Assembly (NCBI RefSeq): GCF_001194135.2
Contig: NC_068981.1
Coordinates: 184,255,418 to 184,319,417 of the forward strand
DNA from: Octopus bimaculoides
Taxonomy: Eukaryota
Length of the DNA stretch: 64,000 bases
Reading direction: 5' to 3'
In this document: positions 11,924-24,300 of the stretch, piece by piece
Layout: each line of letters starts with the position of its first letter
How positions within the stretch are numbered: the stretch's first letter is position 1
Program-made: the position numbers and the translations under genes
The notes under the pieces: model-generated
Told to the model about the DNA's origin: nothing
Seen by the model: only the letters and a program-made list of their open reading frames with translations
Databases searched by the model: none

Positions 11924-12156
11924 CTAGAATAAAAGGAAAACTGAGACATTAAATTTCTAGTCAAAAGTAACACCACATCTCTTTTATGCATTCTGTCTAC
12001 ATTTGGACAGAATTGATACTTTGAGGAGTAAAAGGATTAAATACAAAATAGCTGATATCAATTTTATGAAAGCATCCATTGTAAATACCAGAATCCCATT
12101 TGACCCTTTGATATTTAAGCTGACCATATCAGGCCCAAATATTCTACCTGTTTTAT

Positions 12157-12496
12157 AAAGAATAAAAAGTTTCGAATAGTACAACAATGCACTATAAGAC
12201 AAAAAATGGACTAAATACCTGTTGTAATTTAGTTATCCATAGTCCGATGATATTTCGGAATACAATTCTTTCTTTAGATATTCTTAGATGGAGTCGCCAA
12301 ACCGATTATAGCAGCAACTCCATCTAAGAATATCTGAAGAAGGAATTGTATTCCGAAACATCATCGGACTATGGATAACTAAATTACAACAGGTATATAG
12401 TCCATTTTTTTGTATTATAGTGCATTGTTGTACCATTCAAAACTTTTTATTCTTTACAAACAATATACACTGCTTCAAGCAAACTACAATACTCTC
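12157..12496. mobile_element. Fold-back element inserted in a TTAA-type MITE, with 13-bp flanking duplication
   Basis: Arms about 12156-12297 and 12314-12456; CTACCTGTTTTAT repeated at 12144-12156 and 12497-12509. Confidence 0.75.
12334..12362 (+). ncRNA. Hammerhead-like motif, stem III degenerate
   Basis: CTGAAGA-A-GGAAT-TGT-ATTCC-GAAAC-ATC: perfect core and 5-bp stem II; stems I and III not convincingly paired. Confidence 0.4.
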
Positions 12497-12999
12497 CTAC
12501 CTGTTTTATGTTTAAGCTGGCCAGATCTGGTCTCTCACATCTACTATACAGTGTCGTTTTAAAAATAAACACTCACTTAAAGCTATGAAATAATGCATGC
12601 GGGTGGCACATAAAAGACACCATTTCGAGCGTGGCCGTTTTCGTGCGGGTGACACGTAAAAGCACCCACTACACTCTCTGAGTGGTTGGCGTTAGGAAGG
12701 GCATCCAGCTGTAGAAACTCTGCCAAATTAGATTGGAGCCTGGTGTTGCCATCTGGTTTCACCAGTCCTCAGTCAAATCGTCCAACCCAGGCTAGCATGG
12801 AAAGCGGATGTTAAACGATGATGATGATGATGATGATGATGTAAATAAATAAGTATTACATTTGACCAAATAATCTGAATTCTAAGAGCACATGGAACCA
12901 ACAAAGAAATATCTGTGAAGAAATTCAGTTTGCACATGTATTGGTTATGTAGCCGGCAGTAAGCACCTTCATCATAATCCATCATTTAGCTTCTATTTT

Positions 13000-13385
13000 T
13001 GATGGTTTGACTGTAACTGTAACTGATAAGCTAGAGAGCTGTACCAGGCTCCAGTCTGTTTTGGCTATGTTTTTACAATCAGGTGTCCTTCCTAATGCCA
13101 ACCACTCCACAGAGTGTAGTGGGTGCTTTTACATATCTTTCATGCATCACTGGCATGGGTGCCTTTTACGTGTCACTAGCAATGGCACCCATGCTGGTGG
13201 CACATAAAAAGCACCCACTACACTCTTGGAATGTTTGCTGTTAGGAAGGGCATCCAGCTGTAGAAACCTTGCCAAATCAGATTGGAGCCTGGTGTAGCTA
13301 CCTGGCTTACCAGTTTTCAGTCAAACCGTCCAACCCATGCCAGCATGGAAAGCAGACGTTAAATGACAATGATGATGATGTTGAT
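13000..13385. mobile_element. Fold-back SINE family C (two head-to-head arms ending in (GAT)n)
   Basis: Both halves carry the aggaagggcatccagctgtagaaa motif in opposite orientations; centre gcatgggtgcc/ggcacccatgc at 13153-13194. Similar element at 7741-8096; half-copies at 11470-11700, 12595-12840, 13780-13971, 27240-27365, 47805-47915, 53065-53220 and 63775-64000. Confidence 0.75.
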
Positions 13386-13610
13386 GATAGCACTAGTGAA
13401 AATTTAAAATTGCCCCCCCATAAATTAATGGTTTGACAAAAGAAACTCATACAATAGTACCATATATGAAAAACTATGAGAGAAAAGAAAAAGCATTGGG
13501 GCTGATTTGTTTGACTAAAACCCTTCAAGATGGTGCTCCAGCATGGCTGTAGTTCAATGACTGAAGCCAGTAAAAGATAAAAATGTCAAACAGAGCAAAG
13601 ATCAACTTAC

Positions 13611-13743
13611 GGAAGTGTAAAAGAAGAACCCATTCCTCGATGACCAATATGTAATGGATCTTTCTGATGCTGCAATTGCTTTTGATAAGAGAATTCAAGA
13701 GAACAGTGATGTCCTTGAAGAGGTTTTGTTATGCAATATTTCA
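13611..13743 (-). CDS. GPCPD1: GPCPD1-like exon with catalytic GHRG motif
   Basis: tttttcag|TG AAA...CTT CC|gtaagt; KYCITKPLQGHHCSLEFSYQKQLQHQKDPLHIGHRGMGSSFTL(P); GDPD first catalytic His intact; phase 1 to 2. Confidence 0.95.
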
Positions 13744-14784
13744 CTGAAAAAAAAATAACAGATCAATTTAGGAAGCAATCATCATCATCATCATCATCGT
13801 TTAACGTCCGCTTTCCATGCTAGCATGGGTTGGACGATTTGACTGAGGACTGGTGCAACCGGATGGCTACACCAGGCTCCAGTGTGATTTGGCAGAGTTT
13901 CTACAGCTGGATGCCCTTCCTAACGCCAACCACTCAGAGAGTGTAGTGGGTGCTTTTACGTGTCACCCGCANNNNNNNNNNNNNNNNNNNNNNNNNNNNN
14001 NNNNNNNNNNNNNNNNNNNNNNNNNNNNNNNNNNNNNNNNNNNNNNNNNNNNNNNNNNNNNNNNNNNNNNNNNNNNNNNNNNNNNNNNNNNNNNNNNNNN
14101 NNNNNNNNNNNNNNNNNNNNNNNNNNNNNNNNNNNNNNNNNNNNNNNNNNNNNNNNNNNNNNNNNNNNNNNNNNNNNNNNNNNNNNNNNNNNNNNNNNNN
14201 NNNNNNNNNNNNNNNNNNNNNNNNNNNNNNNNNNNNNNNNNNNNNNNNNNNNNNNNNNNNNNNNNNNNNNNNNNNNNNNNNNNNNNNNNNNNNNNNNNNN
14301 NNNNNNNNNNNNNNNNNNNNNNNNNNNNNNNNNNNNNNNNNNNNNNNNNNNNNNNNNNNNNNNNNNNNNNNNNNNNNNNNNNNNNNNNNNNNNNNNNNNN
14401 NNNNNNNNNNNNNNNNNNNNNNNNNNNNNNNNNNNNNNNNNNNNNNNNNNNNNNNNNNNNNNNNNNNNNNNNNNNNNNNNNNNNNNNNNNNNNNNNNNNN
14501 NNNNNNNNNNNNNNNNNNNNNNNNNNNNNNNNNNNNNNNNNNNNNNNNNNNNNNNNNNNNNNNNNNNNNNNNNNNNNNNNNNNNNNNNNNNNNNNNNNNN
14601 NNNNNNNNNNNNNNNNNNNNNNNNNNNNNNNNNNNNNNNNNNNNNNNNNNNNNNNNNNNNNNNNNNNNNNNNNNNNNNNNNGTGTTTATTGCACCTGAAC
14701 CAAGTCCAATAAAAAAAACCCCCCAAAAAAAACACAACAGCAGCAGCAGCGCCGCTGCCACCACCACCACCACCAAATATTTTG

Positions 14785-15230
14785 CTCGATACCACAAATT
14801 TGCCTGTCAGTTGTTTGACCTTATTCAGTTGAGCATGTCCCTTGGTGGCTTACAATATGTGCATGTCTGATCATGAGCAGAAGTAGTGGAGGAGCATCAT
14901 AGCCATGTGTTGAGAGGAATTCTTTGGGGTCTGAATAATTCACCTCTGGAAACCTGGGTGTTTCATTCAACATCCTTAAACAACTTTTATTCAGGGACCT
15001 TTTGAGAGAGATGGGCTACTTGACCTAAAGAAAATTCTAACTGGGCCCCCACCTGCAAGGTCATGCGTTGTTTATCTTGATACGAGATCACTATGTCGTG
15101 CACATATGGTCGTGATGCATGTGCCTAGTGTACCCTTATTAGACAAGTAGTCATGATGGGTATACTGGGCTTTGTATATTTGTACCCCAGCATCACTCTG
15201 ATGGCATGTGCTGCTCTTTCAGTGAATAAT
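14785..15230. mobile_element. Unclassified dispersed repeat of about 440 bp (second copy 47362-47795)
   Basis: The two copies are colinear (ataccaca..tttgc.tgtca, gagcagaagtagtggagg, gtgatgcatgtgcctagtg) and both end in (AAT)n. Confidence 0.7.
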
Positions 15231-16154
15231 AATAATAATAATGATGATAATCCTTTCTACTATAGGCACAAGGCCTGAAATTTTGGGGGAGGGGACTAGT
15301 TGATTACATTATCAAGCCCCAGTGATTCACTGGTACTTAATTTATTGACCCCGAAAGGATGAAAGACAAAATCAACCATAGCAGGATTTGAACTCTGAAC
15401 GTAAAGATGGGAGAAATCAACATGGAGAACAGACATTAAATGATGATGATGGTGGTGGTGGTGTGTGTGCGTGTGTGCACATGTCTATGTTTTTATGGAT
15501 ATGTGTGCGTGTGTGCACAGGCATGTATGTACCCTTGCCTCGGCATCATGAGATGGTTGTAAAAAAATATTATTCTCATTCAAGCTATGTTGTTTGCTTC
15601 TAGTTTTCCACGGGAAACATGTCTGGCCACAGAGTGAAAGCACATGGCTTAGTTGTTAAGGTGTTCAGTTCATGATTATTAGGTTGTGAGTTTGATTCCT
15701 GTTGACATATTGTGTCCTTGAGCAAGACACTTTATTTCACATTATTCCAGGCCGCACACGTGGTACAAATGAGTTGTACCTGTAATTCAAAGGACCAACT
15801 TTGTCACATTCAGTGTCACGTCAAATCTCCTAGAGAGCTACATTAAGGGTACATGTGTCTGTGGAGTGCTCAGCCACTTGTACGTTTAATTTCACAAGCA
15901 GGCTGTTCTGTTGATCGCATCAACTGGAACCCTCATTGTCATAACCCATTGAATGCCAGTCTGGCAATAGGAAATGTCACATTGCTAAGAAACAAGTGAG
16001 GGTTGGCCACAAGAAGGACATTTGAGTGTAGAAAATCTGTCACAATAATTTATGTTTGACCCATGCAAGCATGGAAAAAATGGATATTTGATGATGATGA
16101 TGAATAATGAAGAAATATTAAGCATTGAGATATCAGTTACAACAAACTACTTAC

Positions 16155-16329
16155 CTTTTATTTCTCCAGCTATTTTTTGATCAAGTGTTGAAATATAAGT
16201 CGTTGCTGTACCCAAAGAATCCTTCAGAATTGATGGAAGGATATAGCTGTACCCAATATGGGTAGGTCCATGTGTTAATGGATTATTTTCTACAGATGTA
16301 TGACACCCATAGAAGTCCAAACGGAAACC
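16155..16329 (-). CDS. GPCPD1: GPCPD1-like exon (linker region)
   Basis: ttgaag|GGT TTC...ATA AAA G|gtaagt; GFRLDFY...HIGYSYILPSILKDSLGTATTYISTLDQKIAGEIK(V); phase 0 to 1. Confidence 0.88.
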
Positions 16330-16896
16330 CTTCAATTGAGAAACAATAACAAGAATTATTTTGTTTTGCATTGCTTTGAGTTAAATAACAGTAGACATGC
16401 AGACATTTAAACATCTATACTATAATAAAGAAAGCTGCTTATTTATTAGTTTGGAGTATGTAACTTTTACTAAAAGAAAGCAAATATTAAAGTCTACAGT
16501 ATCTAAAAAATTCCAATAAATTGCAATTTTAAAATATTTTTATTAAAATATTTAGAAGAAGGCCTATCAAGTCAAGTAAAGTTGCAATTGTGGCAGATAC
16601 CAGTGTCACAGAAATGGCACCTGTGCTAGTGGCATGTAAAAGCACCTTTCAAGTATTGGGCCTCACAGAGGCAAAGACTGAGACCATTGTTCAATCAACA
16701 AGCTCTGAGATAATAAGATTTGAGGAAAATTTAGTTATTGTATTGAGCAGATTGAGTCCATACCTCGTAGAATTCAAGATGTAATTACTGCTAAAGGCAG
16801 TTCTACCCCACATTAAAATTAATTTGTTTGAAATTTTAAGGGGTTTCCATTATTTTGTCAAACCCCTGTATATGTGTATAAATAAATGGACACATA

Positions 16897-17062
16897 GATC
16901 AAAACATTTTGATTCAGACTCCTTGGTATACTGAGTTTCAAGCGTGTGGCTAGTCTTCAGCCATTGGGGCTTAAATGACAAACTCTCATTCAGAACCCAA
17001 TGGCTGAAGACTAACCACACACTTGAAACTCAAACTACCAAAGAGTGTTTCAAACTTTGATC
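16897..17062. mobile_element. Small fold-back element with CTGAAGA...GAAAC motifs
   Basis: Arms 16897-16968 and 16996-17062 are imperfect reverse complements. Confidence 0.7.
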
Positions 17063-17135
17063 CATACATCTAACTCCCAATAAATGTGTCGAGTGCCTTT
17101 CTTTCGTTTGTCTACACACATATATATATATATAG

Positions 17136-17322
17136 TTGAAATTTACAGAAAAACAAAAGACGAAGACAGGTGTATAAACAACAAACAGGCGTATTAGTTT
17201 AACGCTCAGTGAGGTGAGGAAGTCTTTTACATTTCGAGCCTACGCTCTTCAACAGAAAGGAACATGAGGAAATAAACAGAGAAAGAATTAAAAAAACTTG
17301 TGGAGCTAGCGGTCAATCATAG
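17136..17322 (-). mobile_element. Penelope-like terminal remnant (same family as 4008-4204)
   Basis: Reverse-complement similarity to 4008-4204 (gacgaagacaggtgt, tttcgagcctacgctcttc). Confidence 0.5.
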
Positions 17323-17583
17323 CACAAATATAAGGCAAAATATAATTGAAATGTATTTTGTTAGGCTGCTGCAAAAGGATCAAATCCTTCTATGTGTATA
17401 GATAAGAAAGGAATAGGCTATGTCAAACTGAATAGTTGCTCATTACACAATGAAAAGATAAAAAGTTCCAGAGGTGCCTTAAGGTTCTAAATAGCTATTT
17501 CATTGAGATAGAAGAATGAATACTAAACAGGTATGTTTGGCAATAATAATCTGTCATATAAAATATGTTACAACTGAACTTAC

Positions 17584-17694
17584 AATCTTTGAAGAGTCTA
17601 AAACTTGGCTCTTGAAGGTCAAAACAGAATCTGGTTCGTAGACACAGCCAAAATTACTCTGTTTGGTTGACTGATAATTTTCTTCAGTAAGAAC
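17584..17694 (-). CDS. GPCPD1: GPCPD1-like exon
   Basis: tttctcag|GTT CTT...AAG ATT|gtaagt; VLTEENYQSTKQSNFGCVYEPDSVLTFKSQVLDSSKI; 37 codons, phase 0 to 0; resembles the Q..FG..Y.PD region of the family. Confidence 0.85.
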
Positions 17695-17771
17695 CTGAGA
17701 AATGTGAGAATTTGATTTATATCAAAAATAGCAACAAACAAGAACATTTGTAGTGTATTACAGGTAATTAC

Positions 17772-17801
17772 CAAAGGGGTGGGGTGCTGGTGTTTAGGGT
17801 T
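17772..17801 (-). CDS. GPCPD1: Candidate 30-nt symmetric microexon of GPCPD1-like gene
   Basis: tttttctag|AAC CCT AAA CAC CAG CAC CCC ACC CCT TTG|gtaatt = NPKHQHPTPL; phase 0 to 0; followed by a 77-nt intron. Supported by splice signals and frame only, no recognisable homology. Confidence 0.45.
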
Positions 17802-19329
17802 CTAGAAAAACATACCCATGCAATATGAACTCAATGGTTTCAAATTTTGGCACAAGGCCAGTAATTTTGTGGGGAGGGGTTAAGTTGATTACATCAACCC
17901 CAGGGTTCAACTGCTACTTATTTTATCAACTCCAAAAGGATTAAAGGCAAAGTCAACCTTGGGGAAATTTGAACTTAGAATGTAAAGATGGATGAAATGC
18001 CGCTAAACATTTTACTTGTGTTGCTAACGATTCTACCTTTATGAATACAAACATGTAACCTGTTTATACTCCATTGACTGAATGATGGTAAAAGTTATAG
18101 AAATCACCAATTAAACCACTTTCTTTAACCCTTAATGCATAGGAACCAAGTATATTTGGTTTCCATACATGTGTATTTCAGACTCAGAGACAGAATTAAC
18201 CTGTCTTTGATAGCGAGGTACTTTCTGAAATTCTCCACATTTCATATGATGTATTTTTACTGGCCAAAAGGAAGAGGTTGTGAAAACCAATTTACATTTA
18301 ATTTCTACATGTTTGTATGCAAAAAAACATTTATACAAGTCACTGAATTTACACATTTTCCAACCCCTACTATGACTATTAAATTATTACTAAAAAGGGA
18401 ACAGAAGTCAGTGAACGAGAGCATGGAGAAGGTATTCTGGTGGGATTGTAGCTTGGGAGAAGAAAAAATTAATTTGGATCCAGAAGTTGAGAGCGAAGAC
18501 ATTCCAAGAAAGACTACAAGAAATGATTGGTGATTAACATGGTAAAATAAAAGATAAATTAGAAAAACATACAACTGCAATCTAGTGTTGGAGATGACAC
18601 ACAAGAAGAGTGTTATTTTTGTTTATCTTTAGTTATTTATATGTGTGTGTGTGTGTGTGTGTGTGTGAATAGAGGAAATTGCACAAATTAAAGAAAAGCA
18701 CACTTCAGACACATCATAGAATTGAAATATTTATTAACAGCTCGACTTAAAAGAGCTTTACTTGAAGTTTCACAGACACAAAAAAAAGTGATTATCAAGA
18801 CACTCAAGTCTTGGATGTGTGGTTAAGAAATTCCCCTTGCAACCATGTGGTTTTAGTTTCAAGTCCACTGTGAGACACCTGGGGGGAAGTATTTTCTACT
18901 ACAACCTTGAATTGACCACAGCCTTGTGAATGAAATTTTCTGGATGGAAACAATACAGAATCCTGCTGCATCTGTGTGTGTGTGTGTGTACATGCATGTT
19001 TTCACATTGAAATCATTTGGTGGTCTAATGTGCAAAAACCCTAGGAATAAAGTACATTACATGAAAGCAGGTAAAGGCTGGTCAGAGAAAGGACATCCTA
19101 CCACAGAATACCGCTTCATGAAGTCTCATCCAACCCATACTAGCATGGAAAAATGTGAACATCTCCTTCCTTTTTGTAATAAGCAACAGGAAGGGTATCT
19201 GGTTGTAGAACTTTACTTCAGAAAAATATCTAATGCAGGCCAGCATGGAAAGCGAAAATAAAACACTGATGATATTTACATGTCTTCATGAATATCAATC
19301 CTTGTTTTAACATCCATTTCTTTTCTCTA

Positions 19330-19750
19330 TATTGCCACAGATTGGAGAAATCTGGTGCACAGTGTATCATCACTCTTTTTAATATTTTGTCATCTCATCT
19401 GTGAGGACCAGAGTCAATTTTGCATCCAGTACTTGTCATTCATTATTCATTAACATCAATCACAGCTGTCTTTTCTGTATATATCAGTTGTTATCTTTAA
19501 TGCCCAGACACACCTTCACTTCACTAGTTCTCCACAAATTAACATTATTCATCTTATAAAACATTACCCCATCTTCCACAATTCGTATCTGTCCGGCTTC
19601 CACGCATCTTTTGTGGTGTCTTACTACTGTATAGGCAATATCAAACTCCTTTCATTTGCTTTATGCAACTTGTCTTTCTTCATGGACAGAGAAGCACTCT
19701 CTTGCCAACAGATGGAGCAGCTCTCTGAACTTCTTCCACACATATTCCTT
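19330..19750 (-). mobile_element. Degenerate RTE LINE fragment
   Basis: Minus-strand peptide resembling WKKFRELLxLL of RTE ORF2 post-RT region. Confidence 0.5.
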
Positions 19751-21170
19751 ACTTTAATTATTATATTTCTGCAACATCCATCTAGAATAATCAGCACTTT
19801 ATGTTCTTTTATATCTCATTTCTTGTATGTGACATACATCCATTCACCTCCCCTCTGATATCGTGGCTATTTTACCAGACCTCCCTGTCAATGTGCTAAC
19901 ACTAATTGAAGAGGACCTGAAATTAAAAACCTGAAAACAAGAAGGCTGTTGTTGCTGGTGGTAGTCAGTGCTAACAGTCAAATGGGTGGTCATATCTGGA
20001 ACTACTCCTGTACTATACTCCATAATAACACAGCAGATGTCAGTGCTGACAGTCAAATGGGTGGTCACATTTGGAACTATGCTTACATGTATCAATATTT
20101 CCACCAGCAACATAAAATTTATATCTTCGATGCACACCTGTAAAGTACAATGAACATTTAATATATTATCATTCCTTTTCTCTTCTTGTGCCAAGGCTAC
20201 AGGTGTCAACAATTATGAACCTCCATGCCCAAGTCTGAAGATTCATGACTTTGGGAAAGAACAGTAGTGGTTTCCTGTTGCTTCCAAGCATGTTTATTTA
20301 CACTTTATTCTAGTGGTCTCCTGCTCTCTCAAGGTTACCTTTCAAGCACAGGGAGTGATTCGCATAAAATCAGAACAAGTCCACAGATGTCTTGGTATGA
20401 CAAGACTAGCCCCCATCAAATTTCTGTATACTTTGGCCATAGGATCATCCTCTGCTATTTGATTCACAACTGGGGCCCTTGAATGTACTATCACCATGGA
20501 GTGGGGCAAACCTAAGAGTATGTGTTAATTAAGGTTAACTCCACACTTCCCAAAACTCTTGAATTCCCAAGTCGGAGCCTCACCACAAGACATAGTTATT
20601 GCCCAAGGCAATAGTATCAGTATTATAGAAAAATACAACACTATTATAATAATTTAAAGTCTTCATTACACATAAGTTAGCTTGGACAGTAGATATAACT
20701 TACTTTTGGTCATGCTGTACAAATATAGTCACACACTTGAGCACAGAAAAATAGGAATATCAAAGTTTCATTTATAATGTATATCTCTGATTCTTAGGGT
20801 TAAAATTATGGAAAAGTGTGTATTAAACTTGAATGAATACAGCATATTTTATATTCTTTTCATTGAAAATAAACAAAATCGTTCATGTGACATTAACCTC
20901 TGTGGTCCATATGTCCTTGAATTTTACAACTGAATCTATATTCTTAGCTCCAAGCCTACTTTCTATGAATATATTTATATATATATAACAATAATGACAG
21001 GCTTTCCTCTTCAAAGCTAGAAAATTCTTTGGTCTCAGCAATTATTAACCAAAACAAACCTCAGGTGAGGCTCAATAAAATATTGCTCTTGTGCCTGTGA
21101 CACAACTACTACTACACAAAGACATGCTATATTGAATAATAAATAATAATAATAATAATAATAATAATAA

Positions 21171-21330
21171 TCCCATGCAAGATTGATGTCTTGCAAAAAG
21201 CAGCTTTATCAGACACAGCACACATCTTAAGGAAAGTATTACCTGTCTGAGGTCCTTGTTGTAACTCGACAGACTAAAGACTCCGGTGCATTTTTACCTA
21301 CACTGTATTACGAAGGAATGATAATATAAA
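21171..21330 (+). mobile_element. R4/Dong-type (RLE) LINE 3' end beside (AAT)n
   Basis: PCKIDVLQKAALSDTAHILRKVLPV* matches the QKAALLGTAHILRKVL C-terminus of R4/Dong elements; directly follows the (AAT)n tract at about 21135-21170. Confidence 0.7.
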
Positions 21331-24300
21331 AAGGCCACCAGACAGATTGGTATGGAGTCAATTTCAAATACACAACAACTTCAGGCTGTAGATGTGCTGT
21401 CTCTTTCTTTACTCTTCCTCTTGTGCTGCTCTACTGCAGTGGCTAATGTTCCTCTGGGACTGGCTGATCCCATGCCACTATCATTCAGGCCCATCCACCC
21501 TCACTTATCTCTCTTCCTTTCTTCACCTATATTTTGTCACTCTCCCTAGTCCCACATAAACAACTATTCCCGGGCCTTTCTTCTCAGAATGTCATTCAAC
21601 TAGAATTTCCTCCAGACCCACACTTTTCCTACATATGTTAACTTGCAGTTGTTGAAGAACATCAACTGTGCCAATCTCCCTGGTTCCAAAGACGTGCAAA
21701 GGTCATGAGAAAAGCCTTTCCACCAGATTAAACCATAAACAAAAAGAAAACATCAGTTCCTAGGATAGTTCTATTAGAGCCTAAATTATGTGAGGATCAG
21801 TGGTAAGGGTATGGCTGAAAACAACACAATGATATTACTGGATAAGACAAAACATACTTACATAGCAAGCATCTTTTGACCATAAGAGATTTGTTTGTGG
21901 GAGAGCTGAATCTTCTGGTAGAGACTAAAATTTGCATAAAAGAAGTGGGGAACACACAATAAATAACATTATATTTGGAAAGTAAAGGAAAGAAAAACTT
22001 GGTAAAATATTAATAATAATCCTAACTCACAATATGTTGGAGGCCAGAACTTTAGGATTCCGAGAAACAGGAAATTAATCAACTGTCCTTCAGAAAGGGC
22101 ATCCTGTCATCCTTACCTCATCTGAACTAGAGATAACTTCATGTTTAAACAGAGATCATATTCCACATGGTCACATTTTCCACTAATGTGTCCAAAAATT
22201 CAGGCTTAAGGTTCTCTGGAAATGGCTGACATCTTTTATTTCCAATGTCTTTCTTCTGTTCATGTAGTGCCGGCATTTTACATGCCATGTTAACTGATAT
22301 TTGGCAACTTGGCAGCTTTACGTTAAATAAGAATGAAAAATAAAAATACAATTGAGTATGGAAGTATAGACTTTAGCTTATAAGCTCAGTAGCGTCCACA
22401 GTATATAATGAATGCAAAATAGACAAATCATGTTTCAAGTTTTACAGATTGTTTTCATAATTCACAGCAATTTGTTTTTCTTTTTCTTTTAGATGACTGG
22501 TCACTATGGAAGATGCCTCAATTAATTATTAATCCTCTCTTTTTTTAGAATAAAACTAATTTAGAAACAATCTTTCTATGTTTTTGTTTAATGGCATATA
22601 TATACATCACAATCCAAATTTACCTTTTAATTGCATTTAATATGGTATACATGGAAAAGAGGAAAAATGTTATTTAAAAAGAAATGATCTGTAGGTTAGC
22701 CTAACAAGAAACATATAGCCTAAACAGAATAAAATTACACCAAAACCTAAAACAGAATGACCTTTATGATATATTTTGGTGAAAATTTAGTCAAAGTTTT
22801 CCTTCATTTGCAAGCATTTCCTTCATTTTCAATTATGCAGTGTTTACTGTACATGGGAGGTGTATGACCTGATGAAAAATAACAGACGTCAAGAGACAGA
22901 GTTCAGACACTGAAGATGCAAAGAAAAACTCACATTTCCTCATTCCCCATCAACTCTCCCTATGATAAATGCCTCCCTATTCTTCTATACCATCCTTGGC
23001 CTGAACAGCCACCTTGGGCGCTGGTGCCCTTTGCACCCATCAGGATGCGAAGAGGCTCAATCACTGGCTACAGATCTACTACTTGGCTATGAGTTAATAC
23101 CAACTGTGCATAGCATTATGTCTCACTGCCATAGTTAAAAAGATCCAAAATTCAAGTGTGGCCTACATTAGACTAATATTCACAAACCCGGATGATTTAT
23201 CTTGATTACACACACATTCTAGGCTCCTTCCAAAAAATATCACCCCCAGCTGATGGACAAACTTGCCCTCATCAAAGCCTTACAACTACTGTGCTGTGAC
23301 TTTCCAATGTTGCTTCAACAATAGACCTCACTCTTCTGAATTAACAAGCAATGTACCTCTCTACTTCTCATTCCCTCTTCTGTGTTTCATCTATTTCTCA
23401 CACACACACATACTCCAAATATTTTGTTTAATCCCTTTGCCAAAAGTTACATTCCACCCAAAGACCTTCCAAACCATGACTTCCCTACAGATATCAACAA
23501 GCATGTAGTAAGAAGCTTGCTTCCCAACCACACGGTTCTAGGTTCAGTCCCACTGTGTGGCACCTTCGGCAAGTGTCTTCTATTATAGCCTCAAACTGAC
23601 CGAAGGCTTGTGAGTGGATTTGTTAGACGGAAACTGAAAGAAGCCTGTCATATGCTTGTGTGTGTGTGCGTACATGTGTGTGTGTTCTACCACCACTTGA
23701 TAACCAGTGTAGGTGTGTTTATATCCCCATAACTTAGCAGTTCAGCAAAAGAAACTGACAGAAGTACCAGACTTTAAAAAAAAGTCCTGGGGGTCAATTC
23801 ATTCAACTAAAAAAATTCTTCAAGATGGTGCTCCAGCATGGCCACAGTCTAATGACTGAAACAAATAGAAGATAACGGATACAGAAATTTAAGCTGTGCA
23901 CCAACTTCACTGGTCTGAAAGTGCAGCTGATGAAAGTTGGGATGGATATTCTAACCTCTGTAGAACTTCTTTCTACTTTCTGGTTTTCTGCTTATATTAC
24001 AATGAATTTATTAGTCTATGTGTTGGGTAGTGTTTTCTAAGCACATTATAGGTACAGGTATGGCTGTGTGGTTAAGAAGTTTGCTTTACAATCACATGGT
24101 CTTAGGTTCAAGCCTCCTGTACAGCACCTTCACACTTCGGACAAGGGTCTTCTACTATTGACCAAGGCCAACCAATAATTTGACAGAAAAATTGGTAGAT
24201 GGAAAGTGCATGGAGGGCCATAAGGTGTATGTGTATGTATGCAAAGACATGTTACTTCAATATTTGTGAAACTGTCATTTCAAATCTTTCACATAAGATT

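Noticed and set aside
18135-18533. 132-aa plus-strand ORF
   Set aside because: No recognisable domain, splice context or codon signal; plausible by chance.
19848-19917. Exon-like segment SSSISVSTLTGRSGKIATISEG with AG and GT signals
   Set aside because: The only open frame is phase 2 to 2, incompatible with the phase 0 intron it lies in; no homology recognised.
19964-20080. Two 42-bp direct repeats with a 33-nt spacer (CRISPR-like spacing)
   Set aside because: Only two imperfect units in a eukaryotic intron with no cas genes; a simple local duplication.
22117-22315. Strong donor (GAG|gtaagg) with upstream acceptors
   Set aside because: The phase 0 frame contains stop codons for the acceptors examined, so it cannot be a GPCPD1 coding exon.
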